Shown here one piece after another: positions 45,974 to 56,921 of a DNA stretch of 64,000 nucleotides. Made by a program: the position numbers and the translations under genes. Origin of the DNA: an uncultured Clostridia bacterium (GTDB taxonomy: Bacteria > Acidobacteriota > Aminicenantia > UBA2199); NCBI GenBank assembly GCA_964422395.1, contig CAYRAO010000007.1:11491-75490 (forward strand). Reading direction: 5' to 3'. The notes beneath the pieces are model-generated. The model worked only from the letters and a program-made list of their open reading frames with translations, did not search any database and was not told where the DNA came from. The first letter of the stretch is position 1. Each line of letters opens with the position of its first letter.

Positions 45974-47668
45974 CTATTTTTTAGATTTCGATAAAATTCT
46001 TTTTGGTGATAAAACCGTTGCAACAAATTTCCCTTTGTAAAACAGATCTTTTTTCACTCTGAAAAAGTATCCGATTCTCCTTTCTCTCCTCAACATCTCT
46101 TTAATATCCCGTATGTCCTTCTGACTCTGAATAGGTAAGTTTCCATCAAACAGGATATATTTAACTCCCAGTTTCTTTACTTTATTGTAAAATATCTCCA
46201 TATAACTTCTCCGAGATTCTTCTTTAAGCCACATAGGATAATTTTCACTGATAATATTACTTGACCTCCTATTGTAATATTCGATAGCATACTTACTTGA
46301 AAACACCCATACCTTATTATCTTCATTATTGTTTGACTTTAACCATTGGGCAATTGCAAATGCTCCCTCGGAAGATGATGCTTTAAGGAACAATCGGGCA
46401 CTTTTAAAAGCATGAGAATGCATCCCCGTAAAAATTATTGAAACCAGGATAACAACAATCACTTTTTCAATCAAATGCCAATTTTTTAATAGACTTATTA
46501 CGGCAAAAGAAATAATTGCCATTAGAAAAACAATAACCGAAATTTGACTTGCAGACGGTCTTGAAAATATAGACAAAGCGAAAAAAAAGATAAAAAATAT
46601 GTATTTGGAATATTTTATTCCTATATTCTCTTTAAGTAAAAGATATGTGTTGTAAAATCCGAGCAAAGCAAATATGTTTATCAAATAAATAAATGGCAAA
46701 AGTCTTCTGGTATGAGGAAGAGCAATTCCGGTATCAACAACATACCCTTTAATAAAAATATAAACAAATAAATATACTACCAAAGATACAGCAAATTTTT
46801 TCTCTCTTTTATAAAGGAACAAAATCCCGAGAAAAACAAAAATTGTGAATAACCAAAATATGGAAGAAACAATAATAGGATCGGTTTTTAACGGGAGAAA
46901 AAACAAAGCATTTTTAATTATAATATTTTTAAGAACTTCCGGATGATAAAAAAAATAGAAAATTTTGTCTCCCAAAAACAGATATTGAATCTTCTTAAGT
47001 ATTCTTCCGAAATATTTAGATGACAAATAAATGAGGTCGGAAAAAACAAATATTGGGACAAACACAGCAACCGGCAGATATTTTAATCTGATACGGACAT
47101 TTTTCACCAGATATGAGAAGACCAACAACATTCCCTCAAATCTTGTCACTATTGAAAAACCTATAAATACCCATGATTTCAATTTATCTGAATTCAACAA
47201 GAAATAGAAAGATGCAACAAGCAAAAACATATAGAACATCTCCGTTATCTGCCAGTTTAGAAACTTGAAAATAGTCGGAGAAAGAAATAAATATAAAACT
47301 CCGAAAATTGCCATTTTATAATTGAACTTTTCAAGTAGTTTAAAACTAAAGTACAACAACAGAATTGTAGAAATAAGAGATATCACCTGTCCCGAGGTTA
47401 CAAAGGGGTCACCATTGACGGAAAAGAACTTTAAAATTGATCCCAATCCGTAAACGAGAAGGGGATGGAGAGGAGGACTTAGCAATCCCTCCGGAAGCTG
47501 ACCGTTAATTATGCCCTCCGCAAATAATGAATATCTAAAAAAATCGTAACTCGGAATTTCTCCTACTTTAAATAACATAACCCAGTTTACTCCAAGAAAA
47601 ATTGCAAACAATGTTAGCAAGAAAATTCTTCTTTCTAAAAGATTATTCAAATTTTTTAAAAAATTCAT
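45974..47668 (-). CDS. GT-C-like polytopic membrane glycosyltransferase candidate (ArnT/PMT-like first-loop motif) with C-terminal soluble domain
   Basis: 564 aa. The first extracytoplasmic loop YDFFRYSLFAEGIINGQLP resembles the ArnT DExRYAE region. It is distantly similar to the paralogue pair at 59321-63360. Confidence 0.45.
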   Translation of the reverse strand: MNFLKNLNNLLERRIFLLTLFAIFLGVNWVMLFKVGEIPSYDFFRYSLFAEGIINGQLPEGLLSPPLHPLLVYGLGSILKFFSVNGDPFVTSGQVISLISTILLLYFSFKLLEKFNYKMAIFGVLYLFLSPTIFKFLNWQITEMFYMFLLVASFYFLLNSDKLKSWVFIGFSIVTRFEGMLLVFSYLVKNVRIRLKYLPVAVFVPIFVFSDLIYLSSKYFGRILKKIQYLFLGDKIFYFFYHPEVLKNIIIKNALFFLPLKTDPIIVSSIFWLFTIFVFLGILFLYKREKKFAVSLVVYLFVYIFIKGYVVDTGIALPHTRRLLPFIYLINIFALLGFYNTYLLLKENIGIKYSKYIFFIFFFALSIFSRPSASQISVIVFLMAIISFAVISLLKNWHLIEKVIVVILVSIIFTGMHSHAFKSARLFLKASSSEGAFAIAQWLKSNNNEDNKVWVFSSKYAIEYYNRRSSNIISENYPMWLKEESRRSYMEIFYNKVKKLGVKYILFDGNLPIQSQKDIRDIKEMLRRERRIGYFFRVKKDLFYKGKFVATVLSPKRILSKSKK

Positions 47669-47674
47669 TCCAGA

Positions 47675-48250
47675 TTATTTAATATCCTTATTTTTGTTTT
47701 CATTTACTTTTTTTGAATACATATTTTCAATAAACTCTTTTAAATCGTTGTTCCCTTTGGATATTAAAAATTCACATATCCCCAGAAAATACTCTTCATA
47801 TGAATGTTTGTTCACCTCAAGAATAATTGATTCAGTAATATAATTATACTTTTTATTCAACAAGAGATATCGGGACACACTATTACCTTCTCCGAAAACA
47901 AGTCCGTCTCTTAATTTTCCCATCAACTTACAATAGTACAGATCATTGGAATGTTTATTTTGGACATACTTGGACTCTTTATCATTTAAAACGGATATCA
48001 TAGTCGGATCTTCATAAATAATTGCGGATAAAAGAAGCAGATCAACCCTCTCTTTATCAATCAGAGTTCGGTACGCCTGAGGACTATTGTGTAAGGCCCT
48101 GATTATATATCTTTTTGAACTGCCGGAACCTGCATCTCCTTCACTTGTCATATATAAAAAAAAATTAATTGTGAACAAAAAAGGTTTTATTGAAATAATC
48201 ACAAAGATAAAAAGTAGCAGATACAAAGAAAATTTTTTATACATATTCAT
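47675..48250 (-). CDS. Hypothetical protein with N-terminal TM/signal segment
   Basis: 191-aa ORF with no recognised domain. Confidence 0.4.
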   Translation of the reverse strand: MNMYKKFSLYLLLFIFVIISIKPFLFTINFFLYMTSEGDAGSGSSKRYIIRALHNSPQAYRTLIDKERVDLLLLSAIIYEDPTMISVLNDKESKYVQNKHSNDLYYCKLMGKLRDGLVFGEGNSVSRYLLLNKKYNYITESIILEVNKHSYEEYFLGICEFLISKGNNDLKEFIENMYSKKVNENKNKDIK

Positions 48251-48277
48251 TAGCCAGAAGATAAATAAATCAGAATA

Positions 48278-49402
48278 TTATTTTATTTTATCACTAAAAA
48301 ACTTTTTTAACCATTCGATTTTAATAAAATTCAGATAGATGATTATTGCAAAAATAATTAAGAAGAATGTTCCTAACAAAAAAACTCTAAGATGCTTTGA
48401 AATTAATACCGATGCGAGTGCTATAACGGAAAAGAAGAATGTTACTATACAAAGTGTTATTGTTGTTCTCTTTTCGGATAATCCTTTCCTTATTAGGCGA
48501 TGATGGATATGGTCTCCATCAGCTTTAAAAGGGGACTTCCCCGTCAATAATCTTCTGCTAAAAGCAAGAATAGTATCCAGAATAGGAATTCCAAGCAATG
48601 CAAACGGAACTATAATCATAAAACCAAATGTGGATTTATTTGATGTCTTTAGTGCAAAAATACTCAAAATAAACCCTGACATCAAACTTCCGCTATCACC
48701 CATAAGTATTTTTGACGGAAATTTATTAAACGGTAGAAATCCGGAAACAGCACCGAAAAGCGGTGCTAAGAGTAAAGCAAAAATCACATCCCCCGATATG
48801 AGAAAAATAATGATCATAAAAAACGAAACAATAGATATAATTCCACCTGCAAGTCCGTCTACACCGTCAATCAAATTAACCGAATTTGTAGCTCCGATAA
48901 TCCACACAACGGTTATAAAAAAAGATAAAAATCCGATAGGGGAAAACTCACTCCCAAATGGGACGGAAATATAAGAAATTTTAAGACAACAAAAATAAAT
49001 CCCCGAAGCAACAATGAACTGAACTACAATTTTAATCTTATATGACAATTCAAAAAGGTCATCAAGAAGTCCGAGCAGAAAAATTATGAACGTTGAGAGA
49101 ATTATTACAAATGAAGTTAAGGCAAAATCCTCATACCGGTTCAACATAAATTTTAATTGAGACGGATATAAAATACTTGAAAGAATTATTAAAAACAAGT
49201 TGGTAAAGAGCACGGACAAAAATATCCCTACCCCTCCCAGCATAGGTTTCGGTTCTTTTTTTAGTTTTCTTTCACTAACGGAATCAAATATTCCATTCTT
49301 TTTTGATACTCTTATAATAATCTTTTGAAGAAAATAGGAGATCGCAAAACTGAGGATAAATGAAAAAACAAGTAATACAATAATTAATTTTCCCTTGATC
49401 AT
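48278..49402 (-). CDS. MraY/WecA-family polyprenyl-phosphate N-acetylhexosamine-1-phosphate transferase, initiating enzyme
   Basis: MLGGVGIFLS, NSVNLIDGVDGLAGG and multiple TM helices. Confidence 0.85.
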   Translation of the reverse strand: MIKGKLIIVLLVFSFILSFAISYFLQKIIIRVSKKNGIFDSVSERKLKKEPKPMLGGVGIFLSVLFTNLFLIILSSILYPSQLKFMLNRYEDFALTSFVIILSTFIIFLLGLLDDLFELSYKIKIVVQFIVASGIYFCCLKISYISVPFGSEFSPIGFLSFFITVVWIIGATNSVNLIDGVDGLAGGIISIVSFFMIIIFLISGDVIFALLLAPLFGAVSGFLPFNKFPSKILMGDSGSLMSGFILSIFALKTSNKSTFGFMIIVPFALLGIPILDTILAFSRRLLTGKSPFKADGDHIHHRLIRKGLSEKRTTITLCIVTFFFSVIALASVLISKHLRVFLLGTFFLIIFAIIIYLNFIKIEWLKKFFSDKIK

Positions 49403-49471
49403 CTCTCAAATAAAAAAAATTCCTCTATTTTATTAGGGTATTATAACATATAAATTTAGTGTTTTTTCGCA

Positions 49472-50569
49472 CTATCCATTAATTTTATAAAATAAATCAA
49501 GATACTTCTCTGAGATTGAATCCCAATTATAAATTCCAGATATCCTTTCCATATTTCTTTTTATGACATCAGTATCTTTTTTCGGTAAATCACAAAGAAT
49601 ATTTTTCACATCATCGGGAGAGATAAAGAATAAAGACCCGTTACCAAGGACACTTCTATTAAAAATATTATCATGAGCAACAACCTGAGCACCTGCTGCC
49701 ATAGCTTCAAGTAATGAAGGATTTGTTCCTCCGACGGAATGACCGTGAAAATATAGTCTGCAATGATACCTTAAATTATCAAGAATACTTTTATCATAGA
49801 TTCCGCCTAAGAATCTTATCCCCAGATTGCTCGAATACTTTTTTCCCAAATAATTCCCATGCGAAGTATTTCTAGGACCGACAATAACAATCGGGATTTT
49901 TACATCCGCAGCCACATATCCATTAAGAATAATTTCAATATTATTTTCCGGTTCTATTCTCGCAATTACAAGATAATATCTATGTTCGGTAAGATCATAA
50001 TCTTTTATAACGGAAAAATCCGGCTTATCAAATAATTCTGCTCCGTATGGAATAAAATAGCAATCGGTATCGTATATTTCTTTTAAATATTCGGCGATAC
50101 CCGAATTGTCTGCAACGAGAGCGTCACTGCTTTTTACAGCAAGTTTTTCCGAATATCTCAATAGATTTCTTGCTACAAAACTCCACTTTTCTCTCTTCCA
50201 ATCCAAACCGTCCATGTTGGTTACGATCTTTGCATCTCCCCTTTTCACAATATTATAGAAAAGTGCAGACGGTGAATATCCGAGTTCCAAAATTATATCA
50301 TTTTTCTCTTTGACAGCATCTCTTAATGAAAGATAATCAAAAATAAAATTCCCGATGATTTTCAGTTTATTCTCTTTGGAGAATATCTTTTTTATATTTA
50401 CCCCATTCCATTTACTTCCCTTGTAAGGATGAATGTCGGGATTATAAACAGTGACATTATGCCCGAGTTTAGCCATAATGTATGACAACTTTTCGGCACA
50501 TTCTTCAAATCCTCCGTAATTATTAGGAATTCCGCGAGTACCGAGAATAGCAATTTTTAACTTTTTCAT
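49472..50569 (-). CDS. Glycosyltransferase family 4 (DUF1972-type N-terminus)
   Basis: MKKLKIAILGTRGIPNNYGGFEECAEKL and a GT-B C-terminal domain. Confidence 0.8.
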   Translation of the reverse strand: MKKLKIAILGTRGIPNNYGGFEECAEKLSYIMAKLGHNVTVYNPDIHPYKGSKWNGVNIKKIFSKENKLKIIGNFIFDYLSLRDAVKEKNDIILELGYSPSALFYNIVKRGDAKIVTNMDGLDWKREKWSFVARNLLRYSEKLAVKSSDALVADNSGIAEYLKEIYDTDCYFIPYGAELFDKPDFSVIKDYDLTEHRYYLVIARIEPENNIEIILNGYVAADVKIPIVIVGPRNTSHGNYLGKKYSSNLGIRFLGGIYDKSILDNLRYHCRLYFHGHSVGGTNPSLLEAMAAGAQVVAHDNIFNRSVLGNGSLFFISPDDVKNILCDLPKKDTDVIKRNMERISGIYNWDSISEKYLDLFYKING

Positions 50570-50583
50570 TTAAATCTTCTTCC

Positions 50584-51762
50584 TTATCTTTCGTCTAAAA
50601 CAATCTCATATATTTTCCCCAGTTTTTCCCCGATAACATCAAAGGAATAATGATCTTTTACATATTTCATGGAATCGATCTCTATACGTTCTCTCATCAT
50701 ATCATTACTCAATACTTTTGATAAAACCGAGCTAAGATCATCATAGCAACCTTTTTTAAAAATAAAACCGTTAAACCCGTCGGTAATGATTTCTTTAAAA
50801 ACATTTAGATCTGATACCACAGGTATTGACCCGTAATCCATTGCACGTAAGAGGACACTGCTGTTGTAAACTTTCAAATAAGGCAAAACAACTACATCGG
50901 AAGCTTTAAAGTAAAGCATAACTTCCTTATTACCGATGTACTTTAAATTTAAGATAGTCCTATCCGAGATATTCAACTCTTCAATCAAATCATGATAATA
51001 ATTTAAATCGGTCTTCCATGCTCTTCCGACAATAAGAAGATACGTGTCTCTTTTTTTCAACTTGGCAAATGCTTTGACAAGTATATCCAGACCCTTCGTT
51101 TTTTTTATCTGTCCGAAAAAAAGCACTACATTTGAATTTTCAGGAATATTGAGGTTAAGAATTTCACGAGCTTTAAGTCTCGATACTTCCTTATTATAAA
51201 TGAAATCCAGATCCGTTGGGGGTACAATATGAATTTTACTTTCATTGAATAGGGGAACTTTTTCCAATAATTCCGATCTTGTAAATGAATTATGTACAAT
51301 TATTTGATCAATTATCTTTGCAAATTTTTTATACTTTTTTCCGGTTATTTTTTTATGGAATTTATCAAGAGATTCTACATCATGAATAGTTGCTACTATT
51401 CCGAATTTAAACATCCGAAATACAAACAAATTGAAATACTCTAACAAAGAAAAGTGAAACAAATGGAAATGTGCAATGGAAGAATTACATTTCCTCGAAT
51501 CAATAAGAGAAATCAGAGTTCCTTTTAAATATCTTAGCCCCCTTATTATCTTATTTTCACGTCCAAATACCCCCTTGAAAGTATGGAGCACCCTGTATTT
51601 ATGATCATATTTTTCTTGAAGTTTTGTTTTTTCACAAGTATAAAATGTGACTTCAATCCCCTGCGAAACTATGGATTCGCAAAGTCCGAGATCATAAAAT
51701 TCAAGTCCTCCGTGACCACCAACCGGTTCAATAATCGATACTTTTATTTTTTTCAATCTCAT
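50584..51762 (-). CDS. Glycosyltransferase family 4
   Basis: 392-aa GT-B fold with the C-terminal sequence ...AMDYGSIPVVSDLNVFKEIITDGFNGF. Confidence 0.8.
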   Translation of the reverse strand: MRLKKIKVSIIEPVGGHGGLEFYDLGLCESIVSQGIEVTFYTCEKTKLQEKYDHKYRVLHTFKGVFGRENKIIRGLRYLKGTLISLIDSRKCNSSIAHFHLFHFSLLEYFNLFVFRMFKFGIVATIHDVESLDKFHKKITGKKYKKFAKIIDQIIVHNSFTRSELLEKVPLFNESKIHIVPPTDLDFIYNKEVSRLKAREILNLNIPENSNVVLFFGQIKKTKGLDILVKAFAKLKKRDTYLLIVGRAWKTDLNYYHDLIEELNISDRTILNLKYIGNKEVMLYFKASDVVVLPYLKVYNSSVLLRAMDYGSIPVVSDLNVFKEIITDGFNGFIFKKGCYDDLSSVLSKVLSNDMMRERIEIDSMKYVKDHYSFDVIGEKLGKIYEIVLDER

Positions 51763-52714
51763 CTCTTTTTAATCCGTCAAACATACCTTTAAAATGTATG
51801 TAAACTTTAGATACCTTTAGATTCCTAAGAAGCCTAAGATTATATCTTAAGCTGAAACCGGCAATGCTCAGCACTCTTTTTAAAAAGTCAGGATAGTGTT
51901 TACGCAAAAGCAACACATAATTTTTACTTCTCCAATAAACGGAAAACTTGGAAAATTCTCCGGAAGTACTCCCCGCTTTGTGAAGAATTTTGCTCTCGTC
52001 AACCACGAAAAGTTTAAAGTTCGCATTCGTAACCCGAATACAGAAATCCACATCTTCCATATACATAAAAAACCTTTCATCAATAAAACCTACTTTTTCA
52101 AAAACCTCTTTAGGGATAAACCACATACAACCACTTAGAAAAGTGATCTCTTTTGTGGGTTTTTGTCCTTTATCTCTTTCGCCGATATTTAGATGTACTA
52201 TTTTTCCTGAATCCGGATCAAAAGTTCCTCCGTTAGACCAAATAATTTCCGGATTATTATAATAATTGATTTTTCCGGACACAATCCCAACAGAATTATC
52301 TCCGTTGCATTTGTTTACCAAAGGTTGAAGAAAATTCCGATCTACTACAGTATCATTATTAAGTACTAAAACATAATCCGCTCCGTTCTTTAACGCATAT
52401 TTTATTCCGATATTGTTCCCGTATCCATATCCGCCATTCCTTCCGCTTTTGATTACGGTTATCTTTTTAGATTCGGAATTCAATCCATCGGAATCTCCAT
52501 CATGTACCAAATTGAAATCATAGCTATTCAACTTTATCCATTCAGTAATTCGTGAAACAGACTTGTCAGTTGAATTATTATCAACAATTATCAAATCATA
52601 GTTAGAATAGTTATTTCTTAAGATACTATCAATACACTCTACCGTGTCACTGCTATTATTATAATTTAACACTACAATGCCGACATGTTTTCCCGAATCT
52701 GAATTATCTTTCAT
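51728..52714 (-). CDS. Glycosyltransferase family 2
   Basis: VGIVVLNYNNSSDTVECIDSIL...DLIIVDNNSTD. Confidence 0.85.
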   Translation of the reverse strand: MKDNSDSGKHVGIVVLNYNNSSDTVECIDSILRNNYSNYDLIIVDNNSTDKSVSRITEWIKLNSYDFNLVHDGDSDGLNSESKKITVIKSGRNGGYGYGNNIGIKYALKNGADYVLVLNNDTVVDRNFLQPLVNKCNGDNSVGIVSGKINYYNNPEIIWSNGGTFDPDSGKIVHLNIGERDKGQKPTKEITFLSGCMWFIPKEVFEKVGFIDERFFMYMEDVDFCIRVTNANFKLFVVDESKILHKAGSTSGEFSKFSVYWRSKNYVLLLRKHYPDFLKRVLSIAGFSLRYNLRLLRNLKVSKVYIHFKGMFDGLKRDEIEKNKSIDY

Positions 52715-52751
52715 TGCTGGTATTATAACCTATAAAGGGGAAAAATGGGTG

Positions 52752-53297
52752 ATGTCGGTACCTTATATCTTTATAAAAAATCAATATTATGCTATAAATA
52801 TTGCTGAAATGGATAACTTCAACAACCTACATTTCCTTTATAACAAACCGATAGTTTTTAATTGTAGTCCCAACAACTCTATAAAAAGCTTAGAATCTTT
52901 CTTAAAAGAAAATGGTAAATCAATTAATCAAGATGCGAATTTGATAGTTGGTGTTAAAGTTAATATTTTTTCGGAGGTGTTACATAATTATAAGATTTTC
53001 AATAAATTTTTAAGTAGTAAGAAAAAAAAAATAATTGAATATTTAGAAAGGTTGGATTTTGAAGTTAAAGATATTACTGCCGTTTATCCGAATATAAATA
53101 TGCCAAGATTTTGTTTTAGTTTGACGGATAATAATTCACACAGAATATTAATTAATGAAATATTACTTCCACGTAAATATTCTCTTACATTTATTAACAG
53201 AGTATTACTCCATCTTTTTTCAAATATTATTAACATATATCATAGACCTGATCTTCTTGTCGGGAATATCTTAATAATAGCAAAAAAAATAGCATGA
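52752..53297 (+). CDS. Hypothetical protein
   Basis: Start moved to MSVPYIF, with a GGGG RBS-like run upstream. No recognised domain. First gene of a plus-strand trio. Confidence 0.4.
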   Translation: MSVPYIFIKNQYYAINIAEMDNFNNLHFLYNKPIVFNCSPNNSIKSLESFLKENGKSINQDANLIVGVKVNIFSEVLHNYKIFNKFLSSKKKKIIEYLERLDFEVKDITAVYPNINMPRFCFSLTDNNSHRILINEILLPRKYSLTFINRVLLHLFSNIINIYHRPDLLVGNILIIAKKIA

Positions 53298-54160
53298 TCG
53301 ACATAATTCAAAAAGTTGAAAATCGTCTGAGTATTTCAATCAACTACAAAAAATATTTATTAATCGGGAATGCATTTGATAAAAAAACACTGTTTTTATA
53401 TAAGAATGGTGTAAAACGACCATATCTCGTTGTAAGGATACCAAATAGTCTGGAAGCGGAACAACGTTGCAAAAATGAGTATAATAACTTGCTATATATA
53501 AACAATACTAACATTTCCAATGTTATCGCTTCAAAACCTTTAGGGGTAATATCATATGGTGGGTATAAATGTTATTTACAACAAACACTATTTAGTAAGC
53601 AAATGCAAAAAAGTTTGAGAACTATTTTAAAAATCCCTCGAAAATCGGATTTTAATGTTGTTGTTAGACATCTTTCTACAATATATAAAGAAACAAAAGA
53701 CAAGAATACTTTAAAGGACAAAACTTATTCCTACTGTTTTCAACATGGTGATTTCTGGATCGGTAACTTAGGATTTATTAATAAATCCCTTGTTTTGTAC
53801 GATTTAGAGTTTGCTAACAAAGAAGGGTATCCACTGTATGATTTACTTCACTTTGCATTACATTATCATGTAGTATTAAACAATATAGGTAAATTGGGAA
53901 AAAATATTAGGGATGGCAGTCATACAAAAAAGGTTGATAATCGAGTTTTCGAATCAATAGAAAAATCTTTCATCACACACTTAAATGAGGGAGGCCGTTT
54001 TACAAGATTATTAAAGAATGCAATCAATTCATATACTACCCTGTGTAAAATTGAGGAAAAAGACACAAAACTATTAATTAAGAATTATTTTGAAAAATAC
54101 AGAAAAATTAAAGATTTTAATAACAACTGGGAGAATGAGGTTTTCAAAAAAATACTATGA
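53294..54160 (+). CDS. Protein-kinase-like (APH/choline-kinase family) phosphotransferase
   Basis: Catalytic-loop motif HGDFWIGNL (HxDxxxxN), followed by DLEFA (DxE/DFG-equivalent). 4-nt overlaps with both neighbouring genes. Confidence 0.6.
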   Translation: MIDIIQKVENRLSISINYKKYLLIGNAFDKKTLFLYKNGVKRPYLVVRIPNSLEAEQRCKNEYNNLLYINNTNISNVIASKPLGVISYGGYKCYLQQTLFSKQMQKSLRTILKIPRKSDFNVVVRHLSTIYKETKDKNTLKDKTYSYCFQHGDFWIGNLGFINKSLVLYDLEFANKEGYPLYDLLHFALHYHVVLNNIGKLGKNIRDGSHTKKVDNRVFESIEKSFITHLNEGGRFTRLLKNAINSYTTLCKIEEKDTKLLIKNYFEKYRKIKDFNNNWENEVFKKIL

Positions 54161-54903
54161 AAAATCGATATCAGACTAAAAAAGAAATATTTAACATGTG
54201 GCAGGGATACTATAAAGGGATAAAAGAAGATCCTGAGTTGTATGATATAGAGTTTAAGAAATATACATATATACATAGTTGGCATAACTCCGTTAGATCA
54301 ATTGAGCGGTTAAAACCAATAAGAAAAGGTATGGATATTCTTGATGCCGGATGTGGTTGGGGAAGAATATTGTTGGGTGTATCAGAAAAATATACCGGTA
54401 TTAATTTTGTTGCAATGGATTATCAACAAGAATCAATTGATACCGGTATGAAAATTATTGGGACGGAATCGAATGGGAATAAGATAAAATGGGTAAAGGA
54501 TGATATTACATCAATGCCCTTTAAAAATGACAGCTTCGACATTGTATACTCTATGCGTGTATTTCAACACTTAGAAAATCCGGAACAAGCGGCTTATGAA
54601 GTATTGAGAGTTCTAAAACCGGGTGGAAAATTCTTAATATCGGTACAAAATAAACTATGTCCATTAAATTTAAATTATTATTCAAAAACATATTCCCCAA
54701 AGGCTGTAACTAAGTTTTTTTCTAAATTGAAAAATATTGAAATTTACTCATCCAGTATTGATTTTTTCAGACCCTTTAACATAAGAAAAAATACAGCTCA
54801 ATCTAATAAAATTTATATGTCAATTGAAAAATTTTTTGAAAATTTTCCATTGATAAATAAATTTGGAGGGAAAGTTGTTGTGTGGGGGAAAAAGCTCAAA
54901 TAG
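54157..54903 (+). CDS. Class I SAM-dependent methyltransferase
   Basis: Motif I ILDAGCGWGRIL and post-I DIVYSMRVFQHL. Confidence 0.8.
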   Translation: MKNRYQTKKEIFNMWQGYYKGIKEDPELYDIEFKKYTYIHSWHNSVRSIERLKPIRKGMDILDAGCGWGRILLGVSEKYTGINFVAMDYQQESIDTGMKIIGTESNGNKIKWVKDDITSMPFKNDSFDIVYSMRVFQHLENPEQAAYEVLRVLKPGGKFLISVQNKLCPLNLNYYSKTYSPKAVTKFFSKLKNIEIYSSSIDFFRPFNIRKNTAQSNKIYMSIEKFFENFPLINKFGGKVVVWGKKLK

Positions 54904-54948
54904 TTGTAATTTAACACTACAATACCGACATTTTTCTTAGAATCCGAA

Positions 54949-56220
54949 TTATTTTTCATCATCGATATTATAACTCCAATTTTTTATACTGAAATAGACA
55001 GCTCCGGGAATAATAAAAACCGCCGGATTAAAAAAAATCATTCCGGTAAGTGTCGAACGAATCATAAGAAAAACAAGAAAATATTCCAATGAATTATAAA
55101 AAACACTCTCTCTCCTTTTAACAGAAGATTTGCCACCATACATGAAAAACAGATGTATCAGCATTACGAATAATCCTAAAAAACCATAGATAAAAATAAC
55201 CCCCAAAACTCCTACATCCGACGGATGAAAATATCCGAATTCTCCGTTAAAACCATTATTCCATTTTGCACTTAAACCACCCACGCCAAAGAGTATAGTT
55301 CCTGGATTTTTCCTAAATAAAAATAAAATATTATCAATTTCATCAAATCTGGCATTAATTGAATGGGATTTTACCGTTTGATTGACACTACTTATTCCGA
55401 ATATCGGTTTAAATGAATTAATAAGAACATTTTCACCTTCAGGAGAAACGACTTTCCAAACCACAAATAGCAGAAGAGAAATTAGGAAAAGTGAAATAAC
55501 ACCTTTTATCCTATTTCTTGACTTGAAAACAGTTATCAAAAAAATCATTAATCCCATTACCATAAATAATCCTCTACCTTTATCAAAAAAGACAACATAA
55601 ATAATAAACAGAGTTGATATCACCAAATATTTTATCTGTTTTTTATTGAAAAATAATAAATAGTAGTAAATAAATCCGAAAACAATAAAATATGGATTAA
55701 CTTTATAATGTGCCCCCTTGAATCCTGAGAATACTACAAATGATCTGTCTAATAGAGTGGGATCTAACAACAAGTATATCCCATAAAACAATAATAATGA
55801 AAACCAAGATAGAAACACAAACGAGTTTTCAAACATTTTTTCGGTCCACTTTTTTGTTTTAAATTTGTTGAGAATCACTAATCCCATTAAAACCGTCAAC
55901 CAATCTCTCTCGCCCAATATTCCGAAAAGAGGTGGCTGACCAAACATCAAATTTGCACAAAAAGCACTGTACAAAGGGAAAAAAAGTGCAATAAATATTA
56001 TTGAGAACTCATATTTACTAAATCCGCTATTTGAAATTATTTTAGTATAAATATAAAAACCAAGATAACCGGAAAATATTATCAGCATTACTCCCTGTAA
56101 CAAAAAGAACTCTCTTGAAAATGGGAAAGATTGAAAAAATTTAATACAAACAAGAAAAAGTAAAGAAAACGTGAAAACCTTTCCCGATTCCATATTCTTA
56201 TCCCCACATAGAAATATCAT
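54949..56220 (-). CDS. Polytopic membrane protein, likely Wzy-type polymerase
   Basis: 423 aa with at least 10 TM helices and no soluble domain. Sits next to Wzx in the locus. Confidence 0.5.
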   Translation of the reverse strand: MIFLCGDKNMESGKVFTFSLLFLVCIKFFQSFPFSREFFLLQGVMLIIFSGYLGFYIYTKIISNSGFSKYEFSIIFIALFFPLYSAFCANLMFGQPPLFGILGERDWLTVLMGLVILNKFKTKKWTEKMFENSFVFLSWFSLLLFYGIYLLLDPTLLDRSFVVFSGFKGAHYKVNPYFIVFGFIYYYLLFFNKKQIKYLVISTLFIIYVVFFDKGRGLFMVMGLMIFLITVFKSRNRIKGVISLFLISLLLFVVWKVVSPEGENVLINSFKPIFGISSVNQTVKSHSINARFDEIDNILFLFRKNPGTILFGVGGLSAKWNNGFNGEFGYFHPSDVGVLGVIFIYGFLGLFVMLIHLFFMYGGKSSVKRRESVFYNSLEYFLVFLMIRSTLTGMIFFNPAVFIIPGAVYFSIKNWSYNIDDEK

Positions 56221-56240
56221 TTGTCGATATCAATGTAAAT

Positions 56241-56921
56241 TCATTTTTTTTTAGCCTTAATAATATATTGATATGTTAAAAATCCTTCAAACAAACCAAA
56301 AGTGAAAGTATTTATTAAATTATATTTACTCATTCTTGATTTTATTCTGCAATTTGATGTTACTTCCATTTCAGGGAATCCACTATTTTCAAACAATTCA
56401 ATAATGCTTTTTTTAGTAAAGAATCTTAAGTGAGTTCTATCTAATATCCCTGCATTTGAATACTTCCATTCCCCTCTTACGATAAGATTCTTAATTATAG
56501 TCCAATTTCTTATATTTGGGATACTGGATATAATATACCCTTCATTTTCAAGAAAATAGTTTAGATTTCTTAATGTTTCCCATGGATTATTAAGGTGCTC
56601 CAAAACATCTCCTACTAAAATATAGTCGAAATAATTTTTCCCAAATGGTAAATTTAAGTTTTCTATATTTCCTGTTATTACTTTATCTAATTTTGTTTTG
56701 GCTATCTCCGCAATTTCGGGTGACATTTCAATTCCGACGACCTCACTAGCCATGCCTTTTTCTTTTAGCATACTACCTGTATTCCCCGTGCTACAACCAA
56801 TTTCCAAAACTTTATTGTCGCTACCCTCAATTAATTCAACCAAATCCCAACGGATGAGATTATAATACAATCCTTTCTTTGATAAAAAAGATTCTGTTTC
56901 CGATATATTTTTTTTTTTCAT
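56241..56921 (-). CDS. Class I SAM-dependent methyltransferase
   Basis: Motif I VLEIGCSTGNTG and post-I ILVGDVLEHL. Confidence 0.8.
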   Translation of the reverse strand: MKKKNISETESFLSKKGLYYNLIRWDLVELIEGSDNKVLEIGCSTGNTGSMLKEKGMASEVVGIEMSPEIAEIAKTKLDKVITGNIENLNLPFGKNYFDYILVGDVLEHLNNPWETLRNLNYFLENEGYIISSIPNIRNWTIIKNLIVRGEWKYSNAGILDRTHLRFFTKKSIIELFENSGFPEMEVTSNCRIKSRMSKYNLINTFTFGLFEGFLTYQYIIKAKKK

